A stretch of 64,000 bases of DNA, taken from NCBI GenBank assembly GCA_964016885.1, contig OZ024740.1, positions 282,782,001-282,846,000 of the forward strand, given 5' to 3'. Position numbers and translations under genes: made by a program. Within the stretch, counting starts at the first letter, position 1; every line of letters starts with the position of its first letter. The notes below the pieces were generated by a model. That model was not told the DNA's origin. It made no database searches and saw nothing but the letters and a program-made list of their open reading frames with translations. Source of the DNA: Eledone cirrhosa. Taxonomy: Eukaryota. Positions 43,048-56,699 of the stretch are shown here, piece after piece.

Positions 43048-43446
43048 CCTATTCTCTCCGGACAACAATTGATTCCATTCTTTAAGTATCACTTTAGAAG
43101 GAGAATCAGGGTGGAGAGAGAGGCACTGCACCCCAGTAAATTTACTGAAAGGTGGGTGAATGAAGCGAAAATGGCCCGAGTGATTGGGCCTTCTCTGTTT
43201 ATAAGCCTGTAGGTTGAGGAAGAGAGCAAAAGGAAGAAAGGAGCACTTGCACAACACGCTCCTTGAGTTGAGGGTTGTTCTATCGACGGGGTATTAAACA
43301 ACCCATTTGTGGCGCCTCCCCCCTATTGGGGATTTCGATTGTTGAAATTGTTTGTTTTTATATTTTTTACACGACTGTATGTAAAATCCCCGGCATGTCT
43401 TTGTATTGTCCCCTTTCTTGTTGCGCCCTTGTGGCTAATAAAGAAA
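43031..43446 (+). mobile_element. 3' fragment of the Tx1/L1-like LINE
   Basis: Homologous to 39728-40143; (TATC)n on both sides. Confidence 0.88.
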
Positions 43447-44299
43447 TCTATCTATCTATCTATCTATCTACCTATTATCTAATTTTCTATCGTCCACATT
43501 TTCATTGTTTTCTTTATCGCCCGCTAAAATGCGCATGCACCTTCTACAACTCTTCATCACTTCATCACTCTCTTATCCATTGCGCATCATCCAGGTTTCT
43601 TTATCTAGAAATATATCAAACTCAATATGTTATATTTTAAAGTTTCAGCCAGCATAGAAATCAAATAAACGTTACAACCATTAAAAGTAATTGATAATGA
43701 TTTGATGTAAGTGCATACTGCCAGATTTATGGTTTCTTTCGCTGTTATCTGTCAACATCTTAAACACTATTTAATTACGCGTATATAAATATACAATCAC
43801 GACAGTTCCTTATTGCTCTTGTATTGGTAGTGCTGGTGATTGCTATTGTGGTAATTGTTATGAAGTCTTTGTAGTTTTTACAGTGGTAGTTGGTTTGGCA
43901 GTTGTTCCTGTGGTGGTTGTAGCTGTTGTTGATGTCGTTGTGGTTGCTATTGTTGTTGTTGTTCTGGCCGTTCTCGTGGTTGCTGATGCAATTACTAATA
44001 TTGTTGTCGTTATCGTTCTTGCGGTACATTGTTTTTCTTATGATTATTGTTTTCTTTGTTATTGTTGCTGCTTTCCTTATATTTTCGATATTGTTTTCGT
44101 TGTTGTTAAATTATATATACATGTTGTAACTATTACCTATGTAATTCAATAGATTTCATTTATAGAGAACAGAGATAGATTTCTTTCGGCATCTTTCTTT
44201 ACAGAATAATATCAAATTTTGATGAAATATGTACAAAAATGACGTTGAGGGACATTCGCTTATGAAAACCTAAAAGTAAAGTGTCTAAAGTCTGTTTTT

Positions 44300-44485
44300 A
44301 AGGCGGAGGCTCACCAAGTCTATTGCAGGATTAAACCCCCAGTTACTGCTGGTACTCATTTTCAGCTGAATATATTAGCAAAATGAAATGAAGTATTTTG
44401 CTTTATGAATACAACACACAAGAATTGAACACAGGGAATAACGATCATAAGTCCAACGCACTTACCTCTAGGCCGCGCACCCCAC
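44300..44485 (-). mobile_element. Diverged SINE family 2
   Basis: Aligns by eye with 1730-1877. Confidence 0.55.
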
Positions 44486-44749
44486 ATAAGTAACGTGTGT
44501 GCTACTATATTTAATATAGTGAGGCAAGAAATCTTTATTAATTAAAATTATGCCCATAATCGTTCTTGTGCTCAAAGAGTGGATGCGCTACGATATAAAG
44601 TCTCTCCTGTAATACTGGGGCAGAGGAAGATAAAAAGATGTAGAGAAAGTTGGGGAAATAATTTGACTATAGTCCATTACTGATATTTTATTAATCAAAC
44701 TCGTGAGAATAATAGGTATGCTTTACTTTGGCGGGATTTGATGAAATGA

Positions 44750-46330
44750 TATTGGTGATCAAGCAGATCAACAGTAGAAAAGCACCTGGTTTAGCTGATT
44801 TTCCTGTCGACCAGCTGGAAGCTTAAAGTGAGAAGGTATCACACTCCGTATTTGATCTCATTACTAAGAGCTGAACTCCCCATTCTTTAACAAAAGGCTT
44901 TGATTGATGATATATTAGTGTCCTTATTCAAGGGTAAGGAAGAAAAGGGAAATTGTGATAACTACTATGGCATTATTCTGTTGGAATTTGTTCACAAATT
45001 TGTTGACAAACTGTTGCTGAACAGGTTGATGAAAGATATTTTCCCTAAAGTCATCCACGAATCACAAGGCGGGTTTAGATATGAAAAACGGACGATTAAT
45101 ATGATATTCTCTGCAAGGAAGAGACGAGAGAAATATATGGAACCACATGTTCCTCGGTATCAAGATTTTGTCGATTTGACAAAGGATTTTGATACACAGA
45201 TGCATTGTGGAATATACCTGGAGAGGTATGGTGACCATCAAAGCTTATTGGCATGTATGAGAGAATTGTACAGATATATAAAAACTAGGGTTGTTTTTAA
45301 TGGAGAGTTGTCCAATGGCGTGAAGCAAGAAGATATTCCAGCTACCTCATTATTCTCAATATTATTTTCTGTGCTGTTAACTCATGTTGCAAGATTGTAG
45401 AAAATGCGTTCTCATGCAATTCACAACTACCTCAAGCATTTTCCGTTTAAAGCGGTTCCACTTCAAGTCCAAAACGTCTCAATCACTCATCAGAGAACTT
45501 GTCTATGTCGACTTTGTCGCTCACTAATGCAATACATTATGGATGTTTTGCAGCTTCATGCAATGCCTTCGGTATGAAAATAAGTCTGAAAATAATCCAG
45601 GCAATATTCATCCCTGACCCAGGTGAAACTAAATTTAGTATATGGACCTAAATTGAATGAGGTGATATGTTTGAGTTTCTGGGCAGTTAATTGTCTAGAG
45701 ATGACTCAGTAGTTGCTGAAATATATCTACGGATTCAAAATACATCCGTAACTTTTGGGGAAGCTCGGGAGAAGAATATTAGTAAATCTTGCCATTACCA
45801 ACTAACTTCTCTTTTGTACTAGTCTGAAACATAGACAGTCAATCTGAAGTTGCTGGAACGCTTTCATTAAAATCATTTGAGGCTCAAACTGAACATCAAG
45901 TGGCAAAACAGAGTACTTGAGAGAGATGTCCTTATAAGAGCAGCATGAACAAGCATCGAGTCACTCAATATATTCCCTCAAATGCATTGAGCAAGTGATG
46001 TTGTTTGTTTGGATGAAGATAGGCTCACAAAGCAACTCTTTTTCAATCAGTGATATACTGGAAAGCACCATCGGCATAAGGTTAGAAATATATATAAAGA
46101 CTGCATTATAAGCAATCTAAATGACCTGCAGATTGAATTTCAGAATTGAGAAGAACTGGCTATGAAGAGCGCTGTATGGAGAAAGCATGTCAGAGAAGGC
46201 TGTAAAAAACTTTGAAGAGGGAGATGATAACCATAAAAGATTTAAGCGGGAGCTTCGAAAGTGCTTTCATCGGAATCTTAATAAAATCATAAAAAACCGA
46301 AAGTTCCAATCACGCAGGTGTTTGTTAGTC
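44750..46330 (+). mobile_element. Heavily decayed RTE-clade LINE
   Basis: LFKGKEEKGNCDNYYGIILL, ESQGGFR..RTINMIF, FVDLTKDFDT, NGVKQ; downstream LERFH and W...A..R..WR remnants with many stops. Confidence 0.8.
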
Positions 46331-46823
46331 TCTAAACTGGATATCTCAATCATTTTAAATCTCACGAAAGACCAACAATGCACATAGTCGTCTATCCTGG
46401 ACCAAATAAAATGACGTATGACGTTCCAGTCATCTTCTTGTCTCAAGCAGCATATGGCAGTGCACAAAGATCGCTTCTCAGAAACAGAGGCAATTATCGC
46501 ACTGTTAAATGCGACATTTATACATCAGTTTTGCTTCAAACCATGTACATCTGCAGCACTACTGAAAAGTCACTTGGAGGGCCATGGACGGAAGAATACT
46601 GATGGAGATTGAATCAAGATATCACAAAGTGACGACAATCCTCTATGAAGATAGAGCATTCACCGCATGTATGTATGTATGTATGTATGTATGTATGTAT
46701 GTACGTACGTACGTATGTTTGTATGTATGTATTTGCATAGCCAGTGCATATATTAACATAATTGTTAGCCGGCAATTAGAGAATCTGTTGATCAATACAT
46801 TGATCACACACACACACACACAT

Positions 46824-46854
<31 letters not shown>

Positions 46855-46888
46855 CATATATACATTGATACATTGATCACACACACAC

Positions 46889-46973
<85 letters not shown>

Positions 46974-47379
46974 TATAGATATATAAATATATATACACTA
47001 TATACACACACAGACATATGTGTGTATGTGTATGTGTGTTTTTGTTTCTGTGTGTATGTATTTATGAATATGTGTTATTTAAAAAAGAATCGGCAGAAGA
47101 TTCCCATCAAGTACACATAAAACAGAAATTCGTCTTCAGATATTTAAAATATTCACAGAAATACTTGGAAATTAACGTAAAGAAAAAAATACCAATAATC
47201 ACAAAATAAAGAAATCTAGCAATATAGATGTAAGAGAGATAAAAGCGATCGATGGATAAACCAAAAACTAAACAATTAGATAAATAACTGTATAGAAAGG
47301 TGGTATGTTGGTCGAGAGGTACGATGTCAGATAAATAAATAGATTGTTTGGTACATTGCTCTTTTAGATAATATATATA

Positions 47380-47614
47380 TAGGAAAAAGTATGACCCCGA
47401 CGGCAGAGCTCAAGACGTTTCGACGGGTATTTCTGGACTATGAATTGACAGTGTGGAACACCTTTCAGCACCATGTTTACCAGAAATAGCCGTCGAAACG
47501 GCTTGAGCTCTGCCGTCGGGGTCATACTTTTTCCTATTACCCACTTTACTACCCTAAGTATTGAGTACTCTGGTGCGTTATGGTCCATCTGGTTCCTTAC
47601 CACAATTCATTCGT

Positions 47615-47616
<2 letters not shown>
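47380..47616. mobile_element. Fold-back element, family D (arms 47380-47436 and 47480-47537, tail on the right)
   Basis: Inverted arms; homologous to 63131-63336. Confidence 0.78.
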
Positions 47617-47664
<48 letters not shown>

Positions 47665-47729
47665 GACAGTCAATCGATTTTCGTCAAATCGACCCGAAGA
47701 AACAATGTTTCCGTTGGTCTTTTCAATTT

Positions 47730-47845
47730 CTAATACTATCCAGGTAGAAGGAGCAACGTGAAGTAAAATGTTTTGCTCAAGGAAATAGCGCATTGCCCGG
47801 TCCAGGAATCGAACTGACAACCTCACGATTGCGAATCCAACTCTC
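47730..47845 (-). mobile_element. SINE family 2 fragment
   Basis: ttgctcaaggaaa...ggaatcgaactgacaacc matches 1781-1830. Confidence 0.7.
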
Positions 47846-48035
47846 TCTCCCTCCCCCCTCTCTCTCTCTCTCTCCCTCGCTATCTATCTATCAATATTTA
47901 TATATATAAGGAAAAAAGATGAAATCGAAAATGCAACTGGAGTCTTTTTTTTTTTAAATATATTTATTTGGTTCCTTTACCGGTTTCGCAGTTCTTGTAC
48001 AAAAATAGAATTGAGATGGAGGGTTTGTGGCTTTT

Positions 48036-48140
<105 letters not shown>

Positions 48141-48156
48141 GTGTGCTTCAACATGT

Positions 48157-48204
48157 GTGTTCCAACCTGTATACTGAGGTGTCGGTAAACAGCCAACACA
48201 TAAT

Positions 48205-48242
<38 letters not shown>

Positions 48243-48731
48243 AGTATGTGTTGGCTGTTTACCGACACCTCAGTATACAGGTTGGAGCACTCGACGAAGT
48301 ACACAGGCTGGTTTGTTTACTCCGGAGTAATGTAAAATAAGTAAGTCAAACATGTTAAATTTGGCTTTGTTTATTATAAATTCTCTGCTATATATATTTC
48401 AGTGACAGCCATTATTGGCTGTGTCCTCATTGGGTAGTACGAATTAATGTAGAAAAAAATAGGTAAACATGGTGTTGAAATTTGTTCCACTCTGTCAATT
48501 TATCGATATGGCCAGCTCCTGGGTGTGTTGTTAATCCTCCGAGGAACTCCCAGGAGCTGGCCATATCGATGAATTGACAGAGTGGAACACATTTCAACAC
48601 CATGTTTACCTGTTTTTTCTACATTAATTCGTAGTGCCTGATGAGGTCACAGCCAATAATGGCTGTCACTGAAATATATATAGCAGAGAATTTATAATAA
48701 ACGAAACCAAATTTATCATGTTTGACTTACT

Positions 48732-48736
<5 letters not shown>
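48157..48736. mobile_element. Fold-back PLE end, family J (arms 48335-48522 and 48549-48736, tail 48240-48334, extra inverted tail 48157-48210)
   Basis: Inverted arms and a hammerhead. Confidence 0.8.
48635..48685 (+). ncRNA. Type I hammerhead ribozyme (family J)
   Basis: tgc CTGATGA ggtc acagcca ataa tggctgt cact GAAA tatata TA gca. Confidence 0.78.
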
Positions 48737-48774
<38 letters not shown>

Positions 48775-48844
48775 AAAAAGTGTGGACGTTAGAAATGGTT
48801 CTATATAGATTCTTTTATATGAGTAAAATGATAACAGAGAGGGT

Positions 48845-49110
48845 ATGAAAAACGCACCTGGTATATATATACATTTTTTTAATTATATATACAAAGAGTG
48901 ATGTTAAAAATTGCTGGTAGCAAAGCCTGCTTTCCCCGTTTTGGATTAGCAATACATTTGTGTATAGTTTAAATTATTTTTTCGTTAAAACTCCTACATG
49001 CTGATTCTCGACCAATGATAATCCAAAACGGAGAAAGCAGGCTTTGTGAACATCAATTGTGTACATCTTATAAACATCCTTTATATATATACCAGGTGCG
49101 CTTTTCAAAT
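48845..49110. repeat. Diverged inverted-repeat element
   Basis: aaagcctgctttccccgttttggatta pairs with taatccaaaacggagaaagcaggcttt, and aaaacgcacctggtata pairs with tataccaggtgcgctttt. Confidence 0.6.
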
Positions 49111-49142
49111 ACTTTTTTAAAATAATTTTCCTTAATATATAT

Positions 49143-49520
49143 TAGGGTTGGTGCTTTGAAATAGCGATGTATACATGAATGTACGTATAGTATATTTGGC
49201 AATATACCGTATGTTTAATTAAAAACATTTTGAAGACCTTGCGCTATTATTTTTAAAGTAATGACTATGTCACTTCTTTTTTCGGCAAAGAAAGGAAGAA
49301 AAGCAGACAGATTCTGTTTCACACTGTTGGTGTTCCTCAAAGCAACGTAATCCCCACCGAAAATTTTAGAGGCTGGATTCTTTTAGAATTCCAGTAATAA
49401 TCAGCAACTGATTATACAGAGCGATTGCCGGTCCAGCAAAAATTAAAAATTAGGGTTGGTGCTCTGAAATAGCGATGTATACATGAATGTATGTATAGAA
49501 TATTTAGCAATATACCGTAT

Positions 49521-49525
<5 letters not shown>
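49143..49525 (+). repeat. ~75-bp direct repeats (49143-49217 and 49450-49525), possible tandem pLTR remnant
   Basis: ttagggttggtgct.tgaaatagcgatgtatacatgaatgta...aatataccgtatgttta occurs twice. Confidence 0.6.
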
Positions 49526-49594
<69 letters not shown>

Positions 49595-49600
<6 letters not shown>

Positions 49601-49895
49601 GTTATACTTTGGGAGGGTCATGTTGCCAATAAGAAACACACGCACCAGTTGTATCACTTCAATTTATTATAAATTAAATTTATAAATTTAGGAATTTATA
49701 AATTTCCGGTTGGCTGGTTGGTTCCACAACCAGATGATTGTTCATATATTGTCAAAGTTCTTTCGTCACACATTCTGTGAAAGAAACTGGTGCGTGTGTT
49801 TCTTATTGGCAACATGACCTTCCCAAAGTATAACAATATCGGTTTCAACACACGTTTTCAGATAAAGAATCTTGCTAAACAAATTCAGAAACGAT
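49595..49895. mobile_element. Fold-back PLE end, family C-prime
   Basis: Arms 49595-49650 and 49785-49839; the tail matches 15340-15398. Confidence 0.8.
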
Positions 49896-50009
49896 ATACA
49901 TATATTAACAATATATTAACGTATATTTACTCCACAAACTGTTGAGTGCTTTATATCAGTTATAAAAATGTTTAAGCTTGTTGAATCCCAACAAATTAAA
50001 TATAACCTC

Positions 50010-50063
<54 letters not shown>

Positions 50064-50091
50064 TATATGTATATATATATGTGTGTGTGTC

Positions 50092-50737
<646 letters not shown>

Positions 50738-51369
50738 TCTCTCTGTGTCTCTGTGTCTCTCTGTGTCCCTGTGTCTCTGTGTCTCTGTGTGTATGTATGT
50801 AAGTATGTATGTATATCTAATGATATACGGTATGTCAACGAATTAACATTTGGCAAGCAAAATCAAATAGGGCTAACCAGCCCATGTATATAGGCGTCAA
50901 AACTATATGTTTCGCTTATATTGAGTTCCAGTAGAGAGTAGGTTAGGAGGAGCGCCATCTTGGTACCGACCAGAGACAGAAAAGATTGTCAACAGTTACT
51001 CACTTCGGCTTCTGCCGCAATCCGCTTGATGGGGTTACATCATCAGTTTTCAACATTCATAGCTAAAGTCTTACAAATATTTATTCGTAAACATAGCGTA
51101 CCGTATATCGCAAGACATGCAAAATACTCATTAGAATATATAATTAAAAAAATCTTTCTAATCATGCCTCGTCTATTTTTCCTCACATTAATTCATAGAT
51201 ACTCCGTGAATTATTGGAACCTGTAAAATACTCGTGGATTAACAACTGGAATATTATATCGCAGGACACAAATATACATGTTGAGAAAACTATTCGGTAA
51301 GCTGCTTCTTAATTAACAGTTGCATAAACCATTTTACCAATGAAAAGTGAAAACTGCCTTATCTTATCT

Positions 51370-51423
<54 letters not shown>

Positions 51424-51476
51424 AGTTTCTTTTACTTAGATGTGGCTGTAATTCATATTGAGTTAGAATATATAAT

Positions 51477-51534
<58 letters not shown>

Positions 51535-52039
51535 AAAAAAATAAAAAAAATTTTACTCTGCCATGTATTGAGTACCTTACTTACTGTGGTTATCCCCGAC
51601 TCAACCCGGGACCTACGTATATATATATATATATATATATACTTTATTATGACCATCTGGTGAGAATATAAACTCAGTTTCGGTATTTCGGTATTGAGTA
51701 TTCATTCTCACGCCCGTCAGTAACATGTGGATATACATACACACACACACACACATATATATATACATATATATGTAAGCAGAAAGGATGTTCAATTTGT
51801 TGGCAATTCAACAAATATAAATGTTTATAACTGATTCAGAGCACTTGACAGTTTTCTGGAGTATAATATTGAATGATATTAAATAAATGGAAACTATATA
51901 GAATAAATATGGTTTTATAAATATAGTTTCCATTTATTTAATATCATTGTATATATATATATGTATAAATGAAAGGTGTAGAAATTGTTTTAGCGAGAAG
52001 CTAATAGTATTCTATAACATATATATATGTATATATATG

Positions 52040-52076
<37 letters not shown>

Positions 52077-52807
52077 CTATATGACATAACAACCGAGTAT
52101 AACAGTTGCAGTTATACCGGCTATGAGCAGACTGTAATATATACCAGCTCTACAGTTCTTTATATTGAGTGCTTTAACGCCATAACTTTCTTATTCTATT
52201 ATATATAAAGAAACATTCAGATAGACTAAAAGAAAATAGCTTTGAAATGTGTAAAGAGTAATTTAAGAGATTAAAGAATGAATGAAACAAGAAGAAATAA
52301 AACAAAATTCAATTTGTCTTTATTTTAGTTTTGTTAGAGTAATAATTGTGGTAGGAATATTTGACTTAGTTACAATGCTAGCAGTTGTGGTGGTAGTTGA
52401 TGTTATGGTGGCAGTGTTATAGTTGTGTTGGTAATTACTGTAGTAGTAATTGTAGCTATGTTCCTAGTAGCAGTTGTAGTAGTAATAGAGTTAATTGTGT
52501 TAGACGTAGTGGTATTAACAGGGATAATTTGTTGGTTCAGGAAAATAAATTGGTTGCGGTCTTTTAAATATTTATTCAATTCGATTTTCTATTGGTAAAG
52601 ACAAATATATATTCTCTATATAGTTAAATACACTCATATACATAACTTCATGCATACATACAAACATACATACATACATATATATATATATACATACGTA
52701 CACATCCATCCACCCATCTATTCATCCATCATTCCATACATACATACTTCATACACAAGATCAAACACACATACACACAGACACACACACGCACAGACAC
52801 ACACACA

Positions 52808-52865
<58 letters not shown>

Positions 52866-52881
52866 TAGAGAGAGATACAAA

Positions 52882-53060
52882 GAGGGTGTGGTAACATACC
52901 AGGTGGAATATAACGCAACAGAGTACTCAATACTTAGATTAGTAGAGTGGGTAATAGGACCGTGACAACGGAGCTCCGGCCGTTTCGACAGCTAGATCCG
53001 AAATGAGCCACCAGTATTAGAACGGTGGGAATCTAGCTGAACTTATCAAGGGGTACAGTC
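52882..53060 (-). mobile_element. Diverged family D element
   Basis: agagtactcaatacttagattagtagagtgggtaatagga...ccgtttcgacagcta. Confidence 0.6.
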
Positions 53061-53143
53061 CATATATGGGCATGCAGTTAAAACAAAAAAAGCAGAAATA
53101 TCAAAGCAAAAAATCCTAAAATTATTATTTTTTAATTCTTTCA

Positions 53144-53335
53144 AGGGCGGTGGATTGGCAGTATTGGTAGAGGGTCAGACGCCATGTTTTCCAGCATAGT
53201 TACGTCCCTTTAGGGTCTGAGTTCAAATCCCGCCGAGGTTAACTTTGCCTTTCATCCTTACGGGGTCGATAAAATAAAGTACCAGTAATGTACTGAGTAA
53301 TTGATGGCCTTGTGCCAAAAGTAGAAACAATTATT
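53144..53335 (+). mobile_element. Full-length SINE family 1
   Basis: gggcggtggattggcagtattggt...gagttcaaatcc...gtagaaacaattatt. Confidence 0.9.
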
Positions 53336-53518
53336 TTGTTGTATGTATAGTTTGTGCCTTTGGTCGGTTATCTTTGTATCAAATTTTATAACTACAGTGC
53401 TTAACTCTGAACTTAATGTTTGTTTTTAACTTTCAATCCATTGAGTGCTCTGTGATTGCCTCAAAACGAATCGAATTGTACATGGTGTACTGCAGCTGAA
53501 GTTCGATTTTACAGATGT

Positions 53519-53563
<45 letters not shown>

Positions 53564-53660
53564 TGGTAGAACACTGGAAGGTAATATCCGTAGTGGTAAA
53601 GCACTCAGTCCATGAGGCAAGTTAGGTAGAGGTGGATACACAATAGTTAGTTCCCCATAC

Positions 53661-53698
53661 CGAGAACAATTGTTTCACCTTAGTGGATCCTCAGCTCG
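53661..53698 (-). ncRNA. Minimal type I hammerhead ribozyme (family K; mirror copy at 56366-56403, plus strand)
   Basis: cgag CTGAGGA tccactaaggt GAAA caattg TT ctcg. Confidence 0.75.
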
Positions 53699-53859
53699 TA
53701 ATGGACATGGTTATACGGAACAGGAAGGACAACCATACGAACGCGCATGCGCAGAAACGATCACTTCACTAAAACGCGTGCGAGAGGTGTAAGGGAGATA
53801 AATGCGAAAGTCCGAAAGTTTCTGATTGATAAGAAAATTAGGATGTTGTTGTAAACCAA

Positions 53860-55390
53860 TCCGGAGCTTTGTAGTTATGTAAGAGGTGTTTCCAGACGTG
53901 TGGACAACGTCTGAAGAATTCATTGCTCGTGTTTAGGCAATCACTATTGCGCAATCTCTTTAGAATATTTATTCGTTCATCAATACATAGTCCACACGAC
54001 GAATTGCCACTTGCGTATGAGTTGGACTTAGTGATGGCTTTCCATTGAATGTAGTAGTCTATACTTGAGTCCTTGATGGACCATACGTGTCTTGCGAGTT
54101 TCGTGGATAAACGTCTGCCCGGGTACCTAATGGTCGAGTGGTGGTTCAGGAAGTATTCCTTAAATCGGCCCCCGCCATACCCACATAGGATTTGACCTCC
54201 TGTGGTTGACTTGGTCGGTTGGAAGTGACAACAGCTTCATAAACTACAGCGGGTGTGTTGCATTGCTGTTGAAGGGGACAAGCTTCGGGCTTACGGCAAG
54301 AGCACCCTGGTGGGGTGTTGCTCGTAGCGCTGTTGGTGATGTGGGCCTTCATGTTCTTAGCGCAGGAGTATCCTAGTTTTACTTTGTGTCGGTTAAAGAT
54401 AGAGCGGTATTTATGACCTATGGGAAAGTGTCTATCTAAGAGGGCTAGAAATGTTTTGCCTACATTGGTTTTAACGTTGAGTGAGAAGGGAGGAGAGAAC
54501 CATATAGTTTGTCTATTGTTACGCTTTGTTTTCTTATTGCTGTTGTTGTTAGTGGGAGAGTAAGTGATAGGTTGCGAGAAGCCGCTGTTAGCTAACGCCG
54601 TGTTATAGTAGGGTGCCGCCCTGTCAAAGATAGCCTTATTAGAGGAGAGGTTTGAGATTCCGGTACTGATATTATTTACGAAGTTTCTAAAAACAGTGGG
54701 AGTGTGGCATGAGTCCTTGTGAATGTAATTGAGTTTTTTCGCTTAGCTTATGGAAGGGTTTGTAGGTGTGTGTGCGAAGGTCTAAATTAATGTCTAAGAA
54801 ATCTACGCTAGAGAGGTTGGTAGCTACTGTTATCCTAAGTCCTAACTCATTGAAGGTAGAAGCTAAGTCTTTTTTAAACCGGTCGAGGTCGTGACCACTT
54901 TTATGGCTCGATAAGGTGAGTCCATCGTCGCGGTATATTCTCCTGTGGATGTCCGGGAATCTAACACATAATATGTCTAAAATAAATAGGCCAACCAAGT
55001 CGCATACGTCAGCACTGTCAAACGATCCCATGGAGACGTCGAATAGGTCTGAAGTTGTTGACTTCTTTGCCCAGGCTATTCCGTTGTTGAAGAGGAGGGT
55101 TTTCCGGCAGTGAGCGATGATTTCCCTGTCTAAACCATCGATGGTAGTGTAAGTGGTAGCAAAGTCCAACGCTTTGTTTAACATGGTCTCTGAGATCGAC
55201 GGGTAAAAATCAAAAATGTCAAACTGTGTGAACTTCGCTTTTGGGGATTTGAAGGAGTTAAACCACTTAATTACGGAGTCGCTGTTCTCCCACTGGGTCA
55301 GGTTGGATTTGATCCTAATGGTCTTATCTAAGTTTCTAAATATAGCCTTACTGTCTAGTCCCATATCTGTGCGTGCCGGGTTTATTAGTA
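53860..55390 (-). pseudogene. PLE RT + GIY-YIG ORF, frameshifted
   Basis: LINPARTDMG, FDIFDFYPSI, DVSMGSFDSADVCDLVG, IYRDDGL, VDFLDI, CSCRKPEACPLQQQC, VVYEA...YVGMA. Confidence 0.88.
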
Positions 55391-56433
55391 TTCATGTGCC
55401 ACCCTCCCACTGTTTTTAGAAACTAAATAATATCTGTACCAGAATCTCAAACCTCTCCTCTAATAAGGCTATCTTTGACAGGACAGCACCCTACTATAAC
55501 ACGGCGTTAGCTAACAGCGGCTTCTCGCAACTTATCACTTACTCTCTCACTAACAACAACAGCAATAAGAAAAGAAAGCGTAACAATAGACAAACTATCT
55601 GGTTCCCTCCTCCCTTCTCACTCAACGTTAAAACCAATGTAGGCAAAACATGTCTAGCCCTCTTAGATAGACACTTTCCCATAGGTCATAAATACCGCTC
55701 CATCTTTAACCGACACAAAGTAAAACTAGGATACTCCTGCGCTAAGAACATGAAGGCCCACATCACCAACAGCGCTACGAGCAACACCCCACCAGGGTGC
55801 TCTTGCCGTAAGCCCGAAGCTTGTCCTCTTCAACAGCAATGCAACACACCCGCTGTAGTTTATGAAGCTGTGGTAACTGCCAACCGACCAAATCTATCAC
55901 AGGAGGTCAAATAATATGTGGGATGGCGGAGGGCCGATTTAAGGAACGCTTCCTGAACCACCAATTGACCTTTAGGTACCCGCGAGTTTCATCCATGAAA
56001 CTCAAGTATAGACTACTCTATTCAATGGAAAGCCATCATTAAGTCCAACTCATACGCAAGCGGCAATCCGTCGATGTGGACTATGTATTGATGAAAGAAT
56101 AAATATTCTAAAAAGATTACGCAATAGTGATTGCCTAATGAATTCTTCACACGTTGTTCACACGTCTGGAAACAGCTCTTACAAAGCTCCGGATTGAATT
56201 ACAACAACATCCTAATTTTCTTATCAACCAGAAACTTTCGGACTTTCGCTGTTAACTCCCTTACACCTCTCGCACGCAATTTAATATTGTCTGTCTGAAG
56301 TGATCGTTTCTGCGCATGCGCGTTCGTACGGTTGTCCTTCCTGTTCCGTATAACCATGTCCATTACGAGCTGAGGATCGGCTAAGGTGAAACAATTGTTC
56401 TCGGTATGGTGAACTAACTGTTGTGTAACCACT

Positions 56434-56567
<134 letters not shown>

Positions 56568-56699
56568 GGTTCGGGTCTGTGTGTGTGTGTCAACCCTTCT
56601 ATCAATGCACGAAAAAGGATGGTTCAATTCATTGAGAACTGGTTTGCCGACCATTCAAACCATACCACATCCCTTTCTTCAGCCTAAGTGAGACTCATC

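Noticed and set aside
49143-49148. TTAGGG telomeric motif
   Set aside because: Single occurrences inside a direct repeat, not an array.
53144-53240. tRNA gene suggested by A and B boxes
   Set aside because: No convincing cloverleaf; it is the head of a multi-copy SINE with TSDs.
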